Shown here piece after piece: positions 37,918-47,156 of a stretch of 64,000 nt of DNA (the stretch's first letter is position 1; each line of letters starts with the position of its first letter). Below the pieces are notes generated by a model that worked only from the letters and a program-made list of their open reading frames with translations, was not told the origin of the DNA and made no database searches. A program made the translations under genes and the position numbers. The DNA is from Alphaproteobacteria bacterium (GTDB taxonomy: Bacteria > Pseudomonadota > Alphaproteobacteria > JABAAW01): NCBI GenBank assembly GCA_965216625.1, contig OZ244186.1:1795912-1859911 (forward strand), given 5' to 3'.

Positions 37918-39854
37918 CGGACTCCTCTCGACAAGCGTTGGCTTTCTTTGCGCCGCGCCATCGCATGGCGGAGGCAGAAAAATTGGCGGAATGCTGCCGT
38001 GCGCAAGGAAGCAAGGAGGGTAGTAATAAGGAGGGGAGCAATGCAGCGTGGCTTGTTTCGTGTCAGCCTCTTTCGCGCGTCGCCATCAACGAGGCGTTTG
38101 CGCGAGGGCGCACCATCGTTGGCTGGTGTCCGCCCGCCATTCTCATTCGCGCCATCGCTTGGGGCGACAAGCACCGCGACAGTCCCGTGTTGTGTTTTCC
38201 TCCTGTTGCTGGCGAGCAGTCTGTTTTGCTCGCGCTGTCGGGGTGGCATCACGGCGGTCGTGGGGTTGCGCGTGCTTTGCAGCAGGCTTGGCGACAGGTT
38301 TGGCGACAGCTTCACCATGATGAGAATTTGCTCGTCGTGGGTGGCTCTGCGACCGAGGGGTTGTTGGGATTTTCTTTAGAGGACTTGCCGCGGGGTTGGA
38401 CGATGCTCGGCGATGCGGACAGCGTGCTTAAAGCCTTGCTTCCCTTGTTAGAGGACTCCGCTTCCTCCGATGCGCCAAAAGCGGTGTGCGAGATTATAGG
38501 CGAGGCTTGCGGAGGGTTTCCTCCCCAAACATTTTTCGACTTGGCGAGCAAAGGGAGCAAGCAGGGGGCAAAATCCGAGAGGGTCAAGGTTGCGGTCGGG
38601 TTTCGCAAAAATGAAGGTAAAGACGAGGCTACGGACTTACGCCTTGTGCCGCGCTGCGTTACGCTGGGGGTGGGGTGCGTGCGTGGCGCGTCTTCTGCGG
38701 ATATTGCCGAGCTGGTCGAGGCTTGTCTTGCGGAAGCGAATATCGATGTTGCCGCTGTTGCGGGTATCGCGAGCGTTTCTTTGAAGCGAGACGAGCGCGG
38801 ACTTTTACAATTTGCTGCGTGTCGAGATTTGCCTCTGCGTTTTTTCACGGCGGAGCATTTGTCGAGCGTTACCGAACAGCACGGCTTGGCGCACGAGGAG
38901 GTCGTTGCGCGCGCGACAGGCACACCGAGCGTTGCCGAGGCTGCGGCACTTGCCTTGGCTTGCGTGTCGGATAAAGCTGATACGGGCGAGCGACTTTTGC
39001 TTGCGAAGCGTAAGTCTGCGAAGGTCACTTGCGCCTTGGCACTCGCCCCTTGCGCGCTTGTAGAATCGAATTTTCTTGGAGAGAAGAACGGGTTGTTGAC
39101 GCTGGTAGGCTTGGGCCCTGGGGCGGCTTGCGAGCGCACAAGCGTCGCCGCGCGTGCCTTGCGCGAAGCCGAGTGCGTTGTGGGCTACGGGGGCTATATC
39201 GATTTGTTGGAACAGGGAGAGACTCGCGCCGAGCTTTATCGCTCCGCTATAGGTGAGGAAGAAGCACGCTGTCGCCTTGCGCTCGACTTGGCGCGGGCGA
39301 GCAAGCGGACGGTGTTGCTGGGCTCAGGCGATGCGGGCATCTATGGCTTGGCAAGTTTGGTGTGGCAAATTCTTGCCGAAGAAGAATCAAATGCTCCCGT
39401 CGAGGTGCGTCAAGCGAGCGGCGTTTCTGCCATGCATGCGCTGGCGGCTCGGCTGGGCGCGCCTTTGGGCGACGACTTTTGTGCGGTCTCTATGTCCGAT
39501 GTCATGACCTCCGAGACGATCATTATGCAGCGCATCAAGGCTGCGGCGGAAGGGGACTTCGTCACAGCCCTCTACAATCCGCAAAGCCGTACGCGCCGCA
39601 CGCTGTTACCGCGTGCGCTCGCCCTGTTGCGCGCGCATCGTCCCCCCGACACGCCGATTGCTTGTGGCAGGCTCGTCGGGCGCAAGGGGGAGAGCGTTCG
39701 TGTTGCTCGGTTGCGCGATTTTGAAGAGGCGATTGTCGACATGCACTCGGTCGTCCTTGTCGGCAACAGCAAGACGAAGTGCTACGCTTCTCCTTATGGG
39801 ATGCGTCTCTATACGGAGCGCGGCTACAAGTTGCAAGGAGGCAAAGTGCGTTGA
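37914..39854 (+). CDS. CbiG - precorrin-3B C17-methyltransferase (CobJ/CbiH) fusion protein
   Basis: The N-terminal ~400 aa are CbiG-like ('RCVTLGVGCVRGASSADI...', C-terminal CbiG domain). The C-terminal ~240 aa are a tetrapyrrole methylase CobJ ('LLTLVGLGPGAACERTSVAARALREAECVVGYGGYIDLL...VLLGSGDAGIYGLAS'). The start 'MTDSSRQ' overlaps the cobI stop (ATGA); the ORF-track N-terminal 146 aa are rejected. Confidence 0.8.
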   Translation: MTDSSRQALAFFAPRHRMAEAEKLAECCRAQGSKEGSNKEGSNAAWLVSCQPLSRVAINEAFARGRTIVGWCPPAILIRAIAWGDKHRDSPVLCFPPVAGEQSVLLALSGWHHGGRGVARALQQAWRQVWRQLHHDENLLVVGGSATEGLLGFSLEDLPRGWTMLGDADSVLKALLPLLEDSASSDAPKAVCEIIGEACGGFPPQTFFDLASKGSKQGAKSERVKVAVGFRKNEGKDEATDLRLVPRCVTLGVGCVRGASSADIAELVEACLAEANIDVAAVAGIASVSLKRDERGLLQFAACRDLPLRFFTAEHLSSVTEQHGLAHEEVVARATGTPSVAEAAALALACVSDKADTGERLLLAKRKSAKVTCALALAPCALVESNFLGEKNGLLTLVGLGPGAACERTSVAARALREAECVVGYGGYIDLLEQGETRAELYRSAIGEEEARCRLALDLARASKRTVLLGSGDAGIYGLASLVWQILAEEESNAPVEVRQASGVSAMHALAARLGAPLGDDFCAVSMSDVMTSETIIMQRIKAAAEGDFVTALYNPQSRTRRTLLPRALALLRAHRPPDTPIACGRLVGRKGESVRVARLRDFEEAIVDMHSVVLVGNSKTKCYASPYGMRLYTERGYKLQGGKVR

Positions 39855-40663
39855 ACAAAAGTGCGTTGAACAAAGATTCTGTTGTAGAGCCTGTCGTGGA
39901 GTTTGTCGGCGCGGGTCCTGGCGCGCCCGACCTTTTGACGCTACGCGCCGAAAGGTTGATCAGGGGTGCGCAGGTGCTGCTGTATGCAGGCTCGTTGGTG
40001 CCTTGCGAGGTCGTCGCCTTGGCAGAGCAAGCCGAGAAACACGACACTTCCTCGATGGTGCTTGAGGATATTCTCGCGTTGCTACGCGCGCGCGCGCTTG
40101 CGGGGTTGCGCGTGGTGCGCTTGCATTCGGGCGACCCCTCGTTGTATGGCGCGATTGCCGAACAGATTCACGCGCTTCGTGAAGATGGCATTACCTCTCG
40201 GATCACACCTGGCGTTCCCGCCTTTGCCGCCGCCGCCGCTGCCTTGACGATGGAGCTCACGCTGCCTGAAGTGAGCCAAACGGTGATTCTCACGCGCACG
40301 GCGGTGCGTGCCTCTTCCATGCCTGAGGGGGAGCAGCTCGCGCGCTTGGGGGCGAGCGGGGCGACGCTTGCCATCCATCTTTCTATCAACAATCTCGCCT
40401 TCGTCTGCCGAACGCTCGCTCCGCTCTACGGCGAGCAGTGTCCCGTCGTCGTCGCCTATCGCGTAGGCTGGAGCGACGAGTTGTTCCTGCACGGCACGCT
40501 CGCAGATATTCGCGCAAAGGTGAAAGGTACAGGCATCACGCGCACCGCGCTCGTCTTCGTAGGAAAAACCCTCGCGCAAAGCAGGCAACAGGAAGCGTCG
40601 CGGCGCTCGTCTAAACTCTACGACGCAAAACACAGCCATGTCCTCCGTCCAGCTCAAGCTTAG
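39851..40663 (+). CDS. cobM: Precorrin-4 C11-methyltransferase (CobM/CbiF)
   Basis: 'VEFVGAGPGAPDLLTLRAERLIRGAQVLLYAGSLV...VRLHSGDPSLYGAIAEQ' matches CobM. The start is uncertain: TTG at 39851 (SD AGGAGG upstream) or GTG at 39896. Confidence 0.8.
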   Translation: MNKSALNKDSVVEPVVEFVGAGPGAPDLLTLRAERLIRGAQVLLYAGSLVPCEVVALAEQAEKHDTSSMVLEDILALLRARALAGLRVVRLHSGDPSLYGAIAEQIHALREDGITSRITPGVPAFAAAAAALTMELTLPEVSQTVILTRTAVRASSMPEGEQLARLGASGATLAIHLSINNLAFVCRTLAPLYGEQCPVVVAYRVGWSDELFLHGTLADIRAKVKGTGITRTALVFVGKTLAQSRQQEASRRSSKLYDAKHSHVLRPAQA

Positions 40664-40672
40664 TTCGTTTGG

Positions 40673-42496
40673 ATGTTTGTCGAAGCTCTCTCTGTTATCA
40701 GCTCGGCGCATGCGGAAGCTCCGCAAAAGCCCGGCTGCTATCGCATGCTGGACGAGAGGGGACAGGCACTCTATGTCGGGAAGGCGCGCAATCTGAAGAA
40801 ACGTCTTCAAGCCTACACTCGTCCGCTACGCCTGCCGAATCGCTTGCAACGTATGCTGGCAGCGACAAGCCGTGTTGAGCTTTTGGTGACCCAAACGGAA
40901 GCCGAAGCCTTGCTGACGGAAGCCTCGCTCATCAAGGCGTTGAAGCCGCGTTACAACATTCTTTTGCGCGACGACAAAAGTTTTCCCTCCATCCTGCTGC
41001 GCGGCGACCATGTCTTTCCGCAAATCGTCAAGCATCGAGGCAAGCAGAGCGTCAAAGGCAGCTACTTCGGTCCTTTCGTTTCTAGCACGGCGGTCAATGC
41101 TTCGCTTGTCGAGTTGCAGAAAATTTTCCTGCTACGCTCTTGCAGCGACTCGGTCTTTGCTCATCGCTCTCGTCCTTGCTTGCAGTATCACATCAAGCGT
41201 TGTTGCGCTCCTTGTGTCGGCTACACGGACGAGAAGAACTACGCGCAGCTAGTTTCAGGCGCGCAAGCGTTTTTAAAAGGCAAGTCGGAGGGCGTACGCA
41301 CTCGATTGGCAGCACAGATGCAGGCGGCAAGTCTCGCGCAAGAGTTCGAGCGCGCGGCAGCCTTGCGCGATCGTTTAACGGCGTTGGCGAAGATTCAGGC
41401 GCGCCATCGGGTTTCTCTGCCGCATGGGGAGGAGGCGGATGTGTTGGCACTCTGCGTGCAAGAGGGGGAGAGTTGCATCGAAATGTTTTGTTTTCGCCAT
41501 GCTAGAAACTATGGCAATCGCGCTTTCTTTCCGCATCATCCGAGTGAGGTTTCTCAACCTGAGATCATGGCGTCGTTCATCGCGCAGTTTTACGCGACGC
41601 ATCCGCCGCCTTTGATCATTTACGCGCAGCCCGCTCCTCACGAGGCTTCGTGGCTTGCTAGGTCGCTCTCGCATCGCTACGAGCGTTCGGTGCGGATTAT
41701 CTCTAGCAAGGGCTTTCCTCTTTTTGCCACTGTCTATGACAATGCGCAGGAAGCTTTGAGAAGACGGCAGGCTGAAAAAAGAAGATTTGCGGACAACTGG
41801 AAGGCACTTGAAGAGATGTTGGGTTTGGAAGAGCCTTTGACGCGGGTTGAGATTTACGACAACAGTCACTTGAGCGCGACCAATCCTTACGCGGCGATGG
41901 TTGTTGCTGACAGGCAGGGATTTGCGAGGGGAGCGTATAGAAAGTTCATCGTTCGTTCCGAGGAGGCGCAGGGGGATGATTACGCTATGATGCGCGAGGT
42001 TTTGTCGCGACGTTTTGCGCACAAGCAATCGTGGGGATTGCCGTCGTTAGTTGTGTTGGATGGCGGGCGAGGACAGATCTCGGCGGCGCAGGGGGTACTT
42101 GGGGATTATCCTCCGTTGCCGTTGTTGGGGATTGCCAAGGGGGAGAGTCGGAGGGGGGATAGGGAGACGATTTATGCTGCTTCTTCGCATGCGAGCGTGG
42201 GCAAGACGAGGGTTTTACGGCTTGTTAAGCCTGATGCGTTGTTTTATTTTCTGTTGCGATTGCGTGATGAGGCGCATCGGTTTGCTTCGGGTGCGCATCG
42301 TGCGGGGCGGGGTCGAGCGCAGAGGGCGTCGATTTTGGATGACGTTCCGTCGGTGGGGGTTGTAAGGAAGAAGTTATTGTTGCAGCATTTTGGTTCGGCG
42401 CGTGCGGTTGCGGCGGCGTCTAAGGTGGAGTTGCGGGGGGTGCGGGGATTGGGGGAGCGGGCGGCGCAGATGCTGTACGATCACTTTCGCGGATGA
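40673..42496 (+). CDS. uvrC: Excinuclease ABC subunit C
   Basis: An N-terminal GIY-YIG domain ('PGCYRMLDERGQALYVGKARNLKKRL') is followed by a UvrBC-interaction region, the RNase H-like endonuclease domain and a C-terminal HhH ('LLQHFGSARAV'). Confidence 0.95.
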   Translation: MFVEALSVISSAHAEAPQKPGCYRMLDERGQALYVGKARNLKKRLQAYTRPLRLPNRLQRMLAATSRVELLVTQTEAEALLTEASLIKALKPRYNILLRDDKSFPSILLRGDHVFPQIVKHRGKQSVKGSYFGPFVSSTAVNASLVELQKIFLLRSCSDSVFAHRSRPCLQYHIKRCCAPCVGYTDEKNYAQLVSGAQAFLKGKSEGVRTRLAAQMQAASLAQEFERAAALRDRLTALAKIQARHRVSLPHGEEADVLALCVQEGESCIEMFCFRHARNYGNRAFFPHHPSEVSQPEIMASFIAQFYATHPPPLIIYAQPAPHEASWLARSLSHRYERSVRIISSKGFPLFATVYDNAQEALRRRQAEKRRFADNWKALEEMLGLEEPLTRVEIYDNSHLSATNPYAAMVVADRQGFARGAYRKFIVRSEEAQGDDYAMMREVLSRRFAHKQSWGLPSLVVLDGGRGQISAAQGVLGDYPPLPLLGIAKGESRRGDRETIYAASSHASVGKTRVLRLVKPDALFYFLLRLRDEAHRFASGAHRAGRGRAQRASILDDVPSVGVVRKKLLLQHFGSARAVAAASKVELRGVRGLGERAAQMLYDHFRG

Positions 42497-42766
42497 CACT
42501 TTCGCGGATGAATGACGCGCTATCGCGCGTGGGGATGTGGGGATGTGCGGTAGTGTCCCAAAAAACGGGACTCGTATATTGACGAGTAAACGAACGCGCA
42601 CGCAGTGCGCGTGGGGGTGTGGGGGGGCTTTGCCCCCCCGCAAAAGACCCCGCGTCAGCGGAGCGCGTAAGCGCTTTATCTACCAAGACTAGCCGCCAAC
42701 CCCCTTGCCAAATTGTGCTAAAAAAGGCACACTGCAGAGTCTCAAGTACGACCCAAGAACTTCGCC
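42497..42766. repeat. Mosaic hairpin-repeat array (short)
   Basis: It contains 'gtagtgtcccaaaaaacgggactcg...gacgagtaaacg...' and 'caaaagaccccgcgtcagcggagcgcgtaagcgc' modules. Confidence 0.85.
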
Positions 42767-43855
42767 ATGCTCGCCAAAACGCCAAGATCGTCCCAAGCCA
42801 TCTTCGTTCCCCCCATCCCCCGCCCCCCCCTCGTCGACGGCTGCGGCAGAACGATCAACTACCTCCGCCTGTCCGTCACCGATCGCTGCGATCTGCGCTG
42901 TCGCTACTGCATGCCACAACGCCCCGACTTCCTGCCGAAAAGCGATATCCTTACCCTCGAAGAACTCTATCGCCTCGCCTGCCTCTTCATCACCCACGGT
43001 ATCGAAACAATTCGCATCACCGGCGGCGAACCCCTCGTTCGTAAAAATCTGCTTCAACTGCTTCGCCAACTCGGCGACCTCCTCCCCAAAAACGACACCA
43101 CTAAATCTCTGCCAGGATTCCTGAAAAGCATCACGCTCACGACAAACGGAACCCGCCTCGTAGAATTCGCCGACGATCTGTTCGCACTCGGTATTAGGCG
43201 TATCAATGTCTCGCTCGATTCGCTGGACGCCAACACCTTCTCCCATCTAACACGCGGCGGCTCCCTCGATGTCGTCTCCCAAGGAATCGACGCCGCGCTC
43301 AAAGCAGGACTCGCCGTGAAAATCAACTGCGTCGCGCTCAATAAAGTGAACGTCATGCCAAAAGAAGTCGATCGCCTGCTCGCCTGGTGCGGAGAAAAAG
43401 GCTGCGACCTCACCTACATCGAAGTCATGCCCATGGGAGATATCGGCAACGAAAAAAGGCTGGACCAATTCTATCCCCTCACCGAACTGCGCCGCTCGAT
43501 CGCCAAGCGGTGGCATCTGAAAACTTCCTCCTATCGTAGCGGCGGACCCGCACGCTACTTGCATTGCTCAGAGATAGACAGGCGAATCGGCTTCATCTCG
43601 CCGCTCACCGAAAACTTCTGCGACGGCTGTACGCGCGTACGCGTCACCTGTACAGGCATGCTGTACCCCTGCTTGGGACAAGAAACAGGCTCCGACCTAC
43701 GCGCCCTGCTACGCGACCATCCCAACGACTTCGAGCCTTGCTCGCAAATGATAGCAGCTACAGTGGCGAAGAAAACGCGGGGACACGCCTTCGTGATCGA
43801 TCATAACGCCGCTCCATCGTCGCTTGTGCGCACGATGAATACGACGGGCGGCTAG
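42767..43855 (+). CDS. moaA: GTP 3',8-cyclase MoaA (radical SAM)
   Basis: The radical-SAM motif 'LRLSVTDRCDLRCRYCMP' and the C-terminal second Fe-S cluster cysteines ('CDGCTRVRVTCTG') are present. Confidence 0.9.
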   Translation: MLAKTPRSSQAIFVPPIPRPPLVDGCGRTINYLRLSVTDRCDLRCRYCMPQRPDFLPKSDILTLEELYRLACLFITHGIETIRITGGEPLVRKNLLQLLRQLGDLLPKNDTTKSLPGFLKSITLTTNGTRLVEFADDLFALGIRRINVSLDSLDANTFSHLTRGGSLDVVSQGIDAALKAGLAVKINCVALNKVNVMPKEVDRLLAWCGEKGCDLTYIEVMPMGDIGNEKRLDQFYPLTELRRSIAKRWHLKTSSYRSGGPARYLHCSEIDRRIGFISPLTENFCDGCTRVRVTCTGMLYPCLGQETGSDLRALLRDHPNDFEPCSQMIAATVAKKTRGHAFVIDHNAAPSSLVRTMNTTGG

Positions 43856-43885
43856 ACCCTTTCCAAGCCAAGCAACACGGTTTTT

Positions 43886-44668
43886 GTGTCCTCGTTGCGC
43901 GTTGCGCTCTTCGCTGCCAATACAGAAAAGGCAGCGCGCTGTCGCGCCTCGATCGAGCGCGTTCTCGATCTCGTGCCGCTGGAGCGCGCCGAGTATGTTC
44001 TCGCGCTCGGCGGCGACGGCTTGATGCTGGAAGTGTTGCGTCGCTACGGCGTGCGCAAAAAGAAAGTCTACGGCATCAACTGCGGTAGCGTAGGCTTCCT
44101 CATGAACGCCTTCGACGAAGAGAAAGCCGCAAATCTGCTCGGCACGCTGCAAACCGCCTCGTCCTATCGTATCGCTCCGCTCGTGCTGGAGACAACGCAG
44201 CAAGACGGAACGGAACTCTGTCATATCGCCTTCAACGATGTCTCGCTCTTTCGTCGCACGGCGCAAGTAGCTAAACTGCGTCTGTCCATCGACGGAGCAG
44301 TACGCATGCCTGAGCTCCTATGCGACGGAATCAACCTCTCTACGCCCGCAGGCAGCACCGCCTACAATCTTTCGTTGCAAGGTCCCGTTCTGCCGCTGAG
44401 CTCAAACCTCTTGGCGCTGATGCCCATCGCTCCCTTTCGACCGCGTCGATGGCGCGGCGCACTCCTGCCGCGCGAGGCGATGCTGGAGGTGGAAACACTA
44501 GAGTGCGAAAAACGACCCGTCTCGGCAGTCGCCGACAATGCCGAGGTCACCGATGTCGTGCGCGCCCGCATGCACCAAGACAAAAAAAGTGCCGTGACCG
44601 TGCTTTTCGATTCCGAACGCGACCTGAACGAACGAGTCGTCAAAGAGCAGTTCGCCGAAGAATTTTAA
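43886..44668 (+). CDS. nadK: NAD kinase
   Basis: 'VLALGGDGLMLEV' (GGDG motif) and 'NDVSLFRRTAQVAKLRLSIDG' are present, giving the PpnK fold. Confidence 0.85.
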   Translation: MSSLRVALFAANTEKAARCRASIERVLDLVPLERAEYVLALGGDGLMLEVLRRYGVRKKKVYGINCGSVGFLMNAFDEEKAANLLGTLQTASSYRIAPLVLETTQQDGTELCHIAFNDVSLFRRTAQVAKLRLSIDGAVRMPELLCDGINLSTPAGSTAYNLSLQGPVLPLSSNLLALMPIAPFRPRRWRGALLPREAMLEVETLECEKRPVSAVADNAEVTDVVRARMHQDKKSAVTVLFDSERDLNERVVKEQFAEEF

Positions 44669-44704
44669 CAAGCTTTTTAACAAACGCGCAAAGAGAGAAA
44701 AACC

Positions 44705-46132
44705 TTGTCGAAAGTATGGGATTTTTGTGTCGTCGGGGCGGGGTCTGGCGGCGTTCGCGCGGCGCGACGCGCGGCGGAGTTGGGCGCGAAAACGCTGCTG
44801 ATCGAAGATCGCGCCTTGGGCGGCACCTGCGTCAATAGAGGATGCATTCCGAAAAAACTCTATGTCTATGCAGGCGCGCACAGAGGGCTTGCCAAAGAAG
44901 CTGCCTCGTTCGGCTGGCACGCAGCAGGAGAAAATTCCTTCGATTTAGGAGTGTTGCGTCGCAAGAAGGAGGAAGAACTCTCGCGCCTACGAGGGCTTTA
45001 CGAGAAGGGTTGCAGAGAGGCAGGTGTCGAGATTTTGTGCGGCACAGCGCGACTTGTAGCAAAGCAAGACGGAGCTTTCTGCCTTCAAGTTACAGGCAAA
45101 GGAGAGAGTAAAAGAAGAGTCGAGGTGCGAGCGAAAAAGCTGTTGTTGGCAAACGGCGGCGAACCCGTTTCCTTGGAAGGCAAAATCGAGGGGTTCGAGC
45201 TGGCATCTAACTCTGATGCGGTCTTCGAACTCGACAAGTTGCCGAAGCGCGTCGTCGTTTTGGGCGGCGGCTATATCGCCTTGGAATGCGTCGGCATTTT
45301 CAACGCGCTCGGCGCAAAGACAACCTTGGTGCATCGCAACGATATTTTGTTGCGCTCCTTCGATCGAGGCATCGTGCGGCATTGCTTGGAGGGCATCCAA
45401 GCGCGAGGTGTCGAGGTGCGCTTGTCGCATCGCGTGCGGCGGCTGTCGCGTCAAGAAAACAACCATGATATTCGTTTGGAGATGGAGGGAGAGGGGGGAG
45501 AGGAATCGCTGGATTGTGATTTCGTGTTGGCTGCGCTCGGACGCAAGGCGCGGACGCGCGACTTGGGGCTGGAGGCGTTGGGGATCGAGACGGACGCGCA
45601 AGGAAAAATTGTCATAGACGAGAACTTTAAAACCTCCCTAGAAGATCTGTATGCCTTGGGGGATACGACTCCTTCTCCTGAACTCACGCCGATTGCGATA
45701 AGGCAAGCGGAGGTGTTGGTGTCTCGGCTTTTTGGGGGTGGCAGCAAAGATACCACCTTCGATGCGCGGCTTTTTCCTCGTGCTGTTTTTGCTACTCCTG
45801 CTTTAGCGAGCGTGGGTTTGTCGGAGGAGGAGGCGCGAGCGAGCGGCGGGGTGAGGGTTTATGAATCTTTGTTCGCACCTCTGCGAAGCAGCTTTATGGA
45901 GGCATCGGCGCGCGAGCGGGTGTTGGTGAAGTTGATCGAGCGTGCCGAGGGTGCGGTGGGCGAGGGAGAGGTTTTGGGTTGTCACATGGTAGGCAGCGAT
46001 GCGCCTGAGATCATTCAGGCGTTGGCGTTGGGCTTGCGGTTGGGTGCGAGCAAGAAGGATTTCGATTCTGTGGTTGCCTTGCATCCGACTAATGCGGAGG
46101 AGTTTATGACCTTGCGTGGATTTCGTGAGTGA
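44705..46132 (+). CDS. gor: Glutathione-disulfide reductase-like class I pyridine nucleotide-disulfide oxidoreductase
   Basis: The FAD motif 'FCVVGAGSGGVRAARRAAELG', the redox-active 'GGTCVNRGCIPKK' disulfide, an NAD(P) Rossmann ('VVVLGGGYIALE') and a C-terminal dimerisation domain with an HP-like motif are present. It could instead be a dihydrolipoyl dehydrogenase-like paralogue. Confidence 0.75.
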   Translation: MSKVWDFCVVGAGSGGVRAARRAAELGAKTLLIEDRALGGTCVNRGCIPKKLYVYAGAHRGLAKEAASFGWHAAGENSFDLGVLRRKKEEELSRLRGLYEKGCREAGVEILCGTARLVAKQDGAFCLQVTGKGESKRRVEVRAKKLLLANGGEPVSLEGKIEGFELASNSDAVFELDKLPKRVVVLGGGYIALECVGIFNALGAKTTLVHRNDILLRSFDRGIVRHCLEGIQARGVEVRLSHRVRRLSRQENNHDIRLEMEGEGGEESLDCDFVLAALGRKARTRDLGLEALGIETDAQGKIVIDENFKTSLEDLYALGDTTPSPELTPIAIRQAEVLVSRLFGGGSKDTTFDARLFPRAVFATPALASVGLSEEEARASGGVRVYESLFAPLRSSFMEASARERVLVKLIERAEGAVGEGEVLGCHMVGSDAPEIIQALALGLRLGASKKDFDSVVALHPTNAEEFMTLRGFRE

Positions 46133-46647
46133 TGGCAAGCGAGTGGGGACAAGCGAGTGAGGGGAGTGTGATGCGGGGATATTTCGGCGTTGGGGTTGAG
46201 AATCTTTCCAAGGCGCATAATGCGGGAGCTATCTATAGGACGGCGCATGCTTTCGGGGCGGATTTTGTTTTTGCTTTTGGGGAGGGTTTGCCGAGGCGTT
46301 TGTTGGAGCAGGTTGATACTTCCAAGGTGGGTAGGCATGTTCCGTTTTATCGATATTCGAGTTGGGATGAGTTTGTTTTACCTGAGGGGTGTGCTTTGGT
46401 GGGTGTTGAGTTATGTGAGGGTTCGCGTGATTTGACGGAGTTTTTGCATCCTCCTCGTGCGGTGTATATTTTTGGACCTGAGCGGGGAGATTTATCGGAG
46501 GGTGTGAGGGAGCGGTGTCGTGTAGTTGTGAAGATACCGACGCGGTTTTGTGTGAATGTGGGAATTGCGGCGGGGGTTGTTATGTATGATCGGGTATTGA
46601 GTTTGGGGGGCGGGGAGCGGAGGGGGCTTGGCGGAGCGAGGAATTGA
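46129..46647 (+). CDS. SpoU/TrmH-family RNA 2'-O-methyltransferase (SPOUT)
   Basis: 'GVENLSKAHNAGAIYRTAHAFGADFVF' (SPOUT motif 1-like) and a C-terminal 'KIPTRFCVNVGIAAGVVMYD' (motif 3-like) are present. The probable true start is M15 at ~46171. Confidence 0.65.
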   Translation: MMASEWGQASEGSVMRGYFGVGVENLSKAHNAGAIYRTAHAFGADFVFAFGEGLPRRLLEQVDTSKVGRHVPFYRYSSWDEFVLPEGCALVGVELCEGSRDLTEFLHPPRAVYIFGPERGDLSEGVRERCRVVVKIPTRFCVNVGIAAGVVMYDRVLSLGGGERRGLGGARN

Positions 46648-47156
46648 CTTGCGGCGATTTTTGTCTTGCGAACAAGACACGTGCTTTTTTGATTAATTTT
46701 AACAGGGAGCGGTAGTGTCCCAAAAAACGGGACTCGCGCATTGACGAGTAAACATGCGCACGCGAAGCGTGCGCGGGAGCGCGAGGGAGTAATCCCTCGC
46801 AAAAGACCCCGCGTCAGCGGGGCGCGATAGCGCCTTCTACGCGCGGAGCGCGTAGCCTCTTATTCAAAAGCGCAAGGCAATAGCATGGGGACGCATACGG
46901 CAAGCCGTATGCTATGGCCTCGCGCAAGGGGAGTTCATCCCCAAACTGCCTCGTAACATGTTGGGGATGAACTCCCCGCAGGGCTATTCGAGTTTTCCTC
47001 GCTAGAGTAGCAACAAGGAGAGGAGTACCATGAGAATTAAAGACTCCTCTCCCTGTGCCTTCTGTGATTGTGTTTTCCTCGCCCTAGCAAAGCAAGGGGA
47101 GTTCATCCCCAAGGGAAATTTATCCCCAAGGGGAGTTCATCCCCCTGTGTCTGCCT
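46648..47156. repeat. Mosaic hairpin-repeat array
   Basis: It carries one arm of the 20329-20494 palindrome family, the 'gcgcgagggagtaatccctcgc' module and 'ggggatgaactcccc'-type hairpins. Confidence 0.85.
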
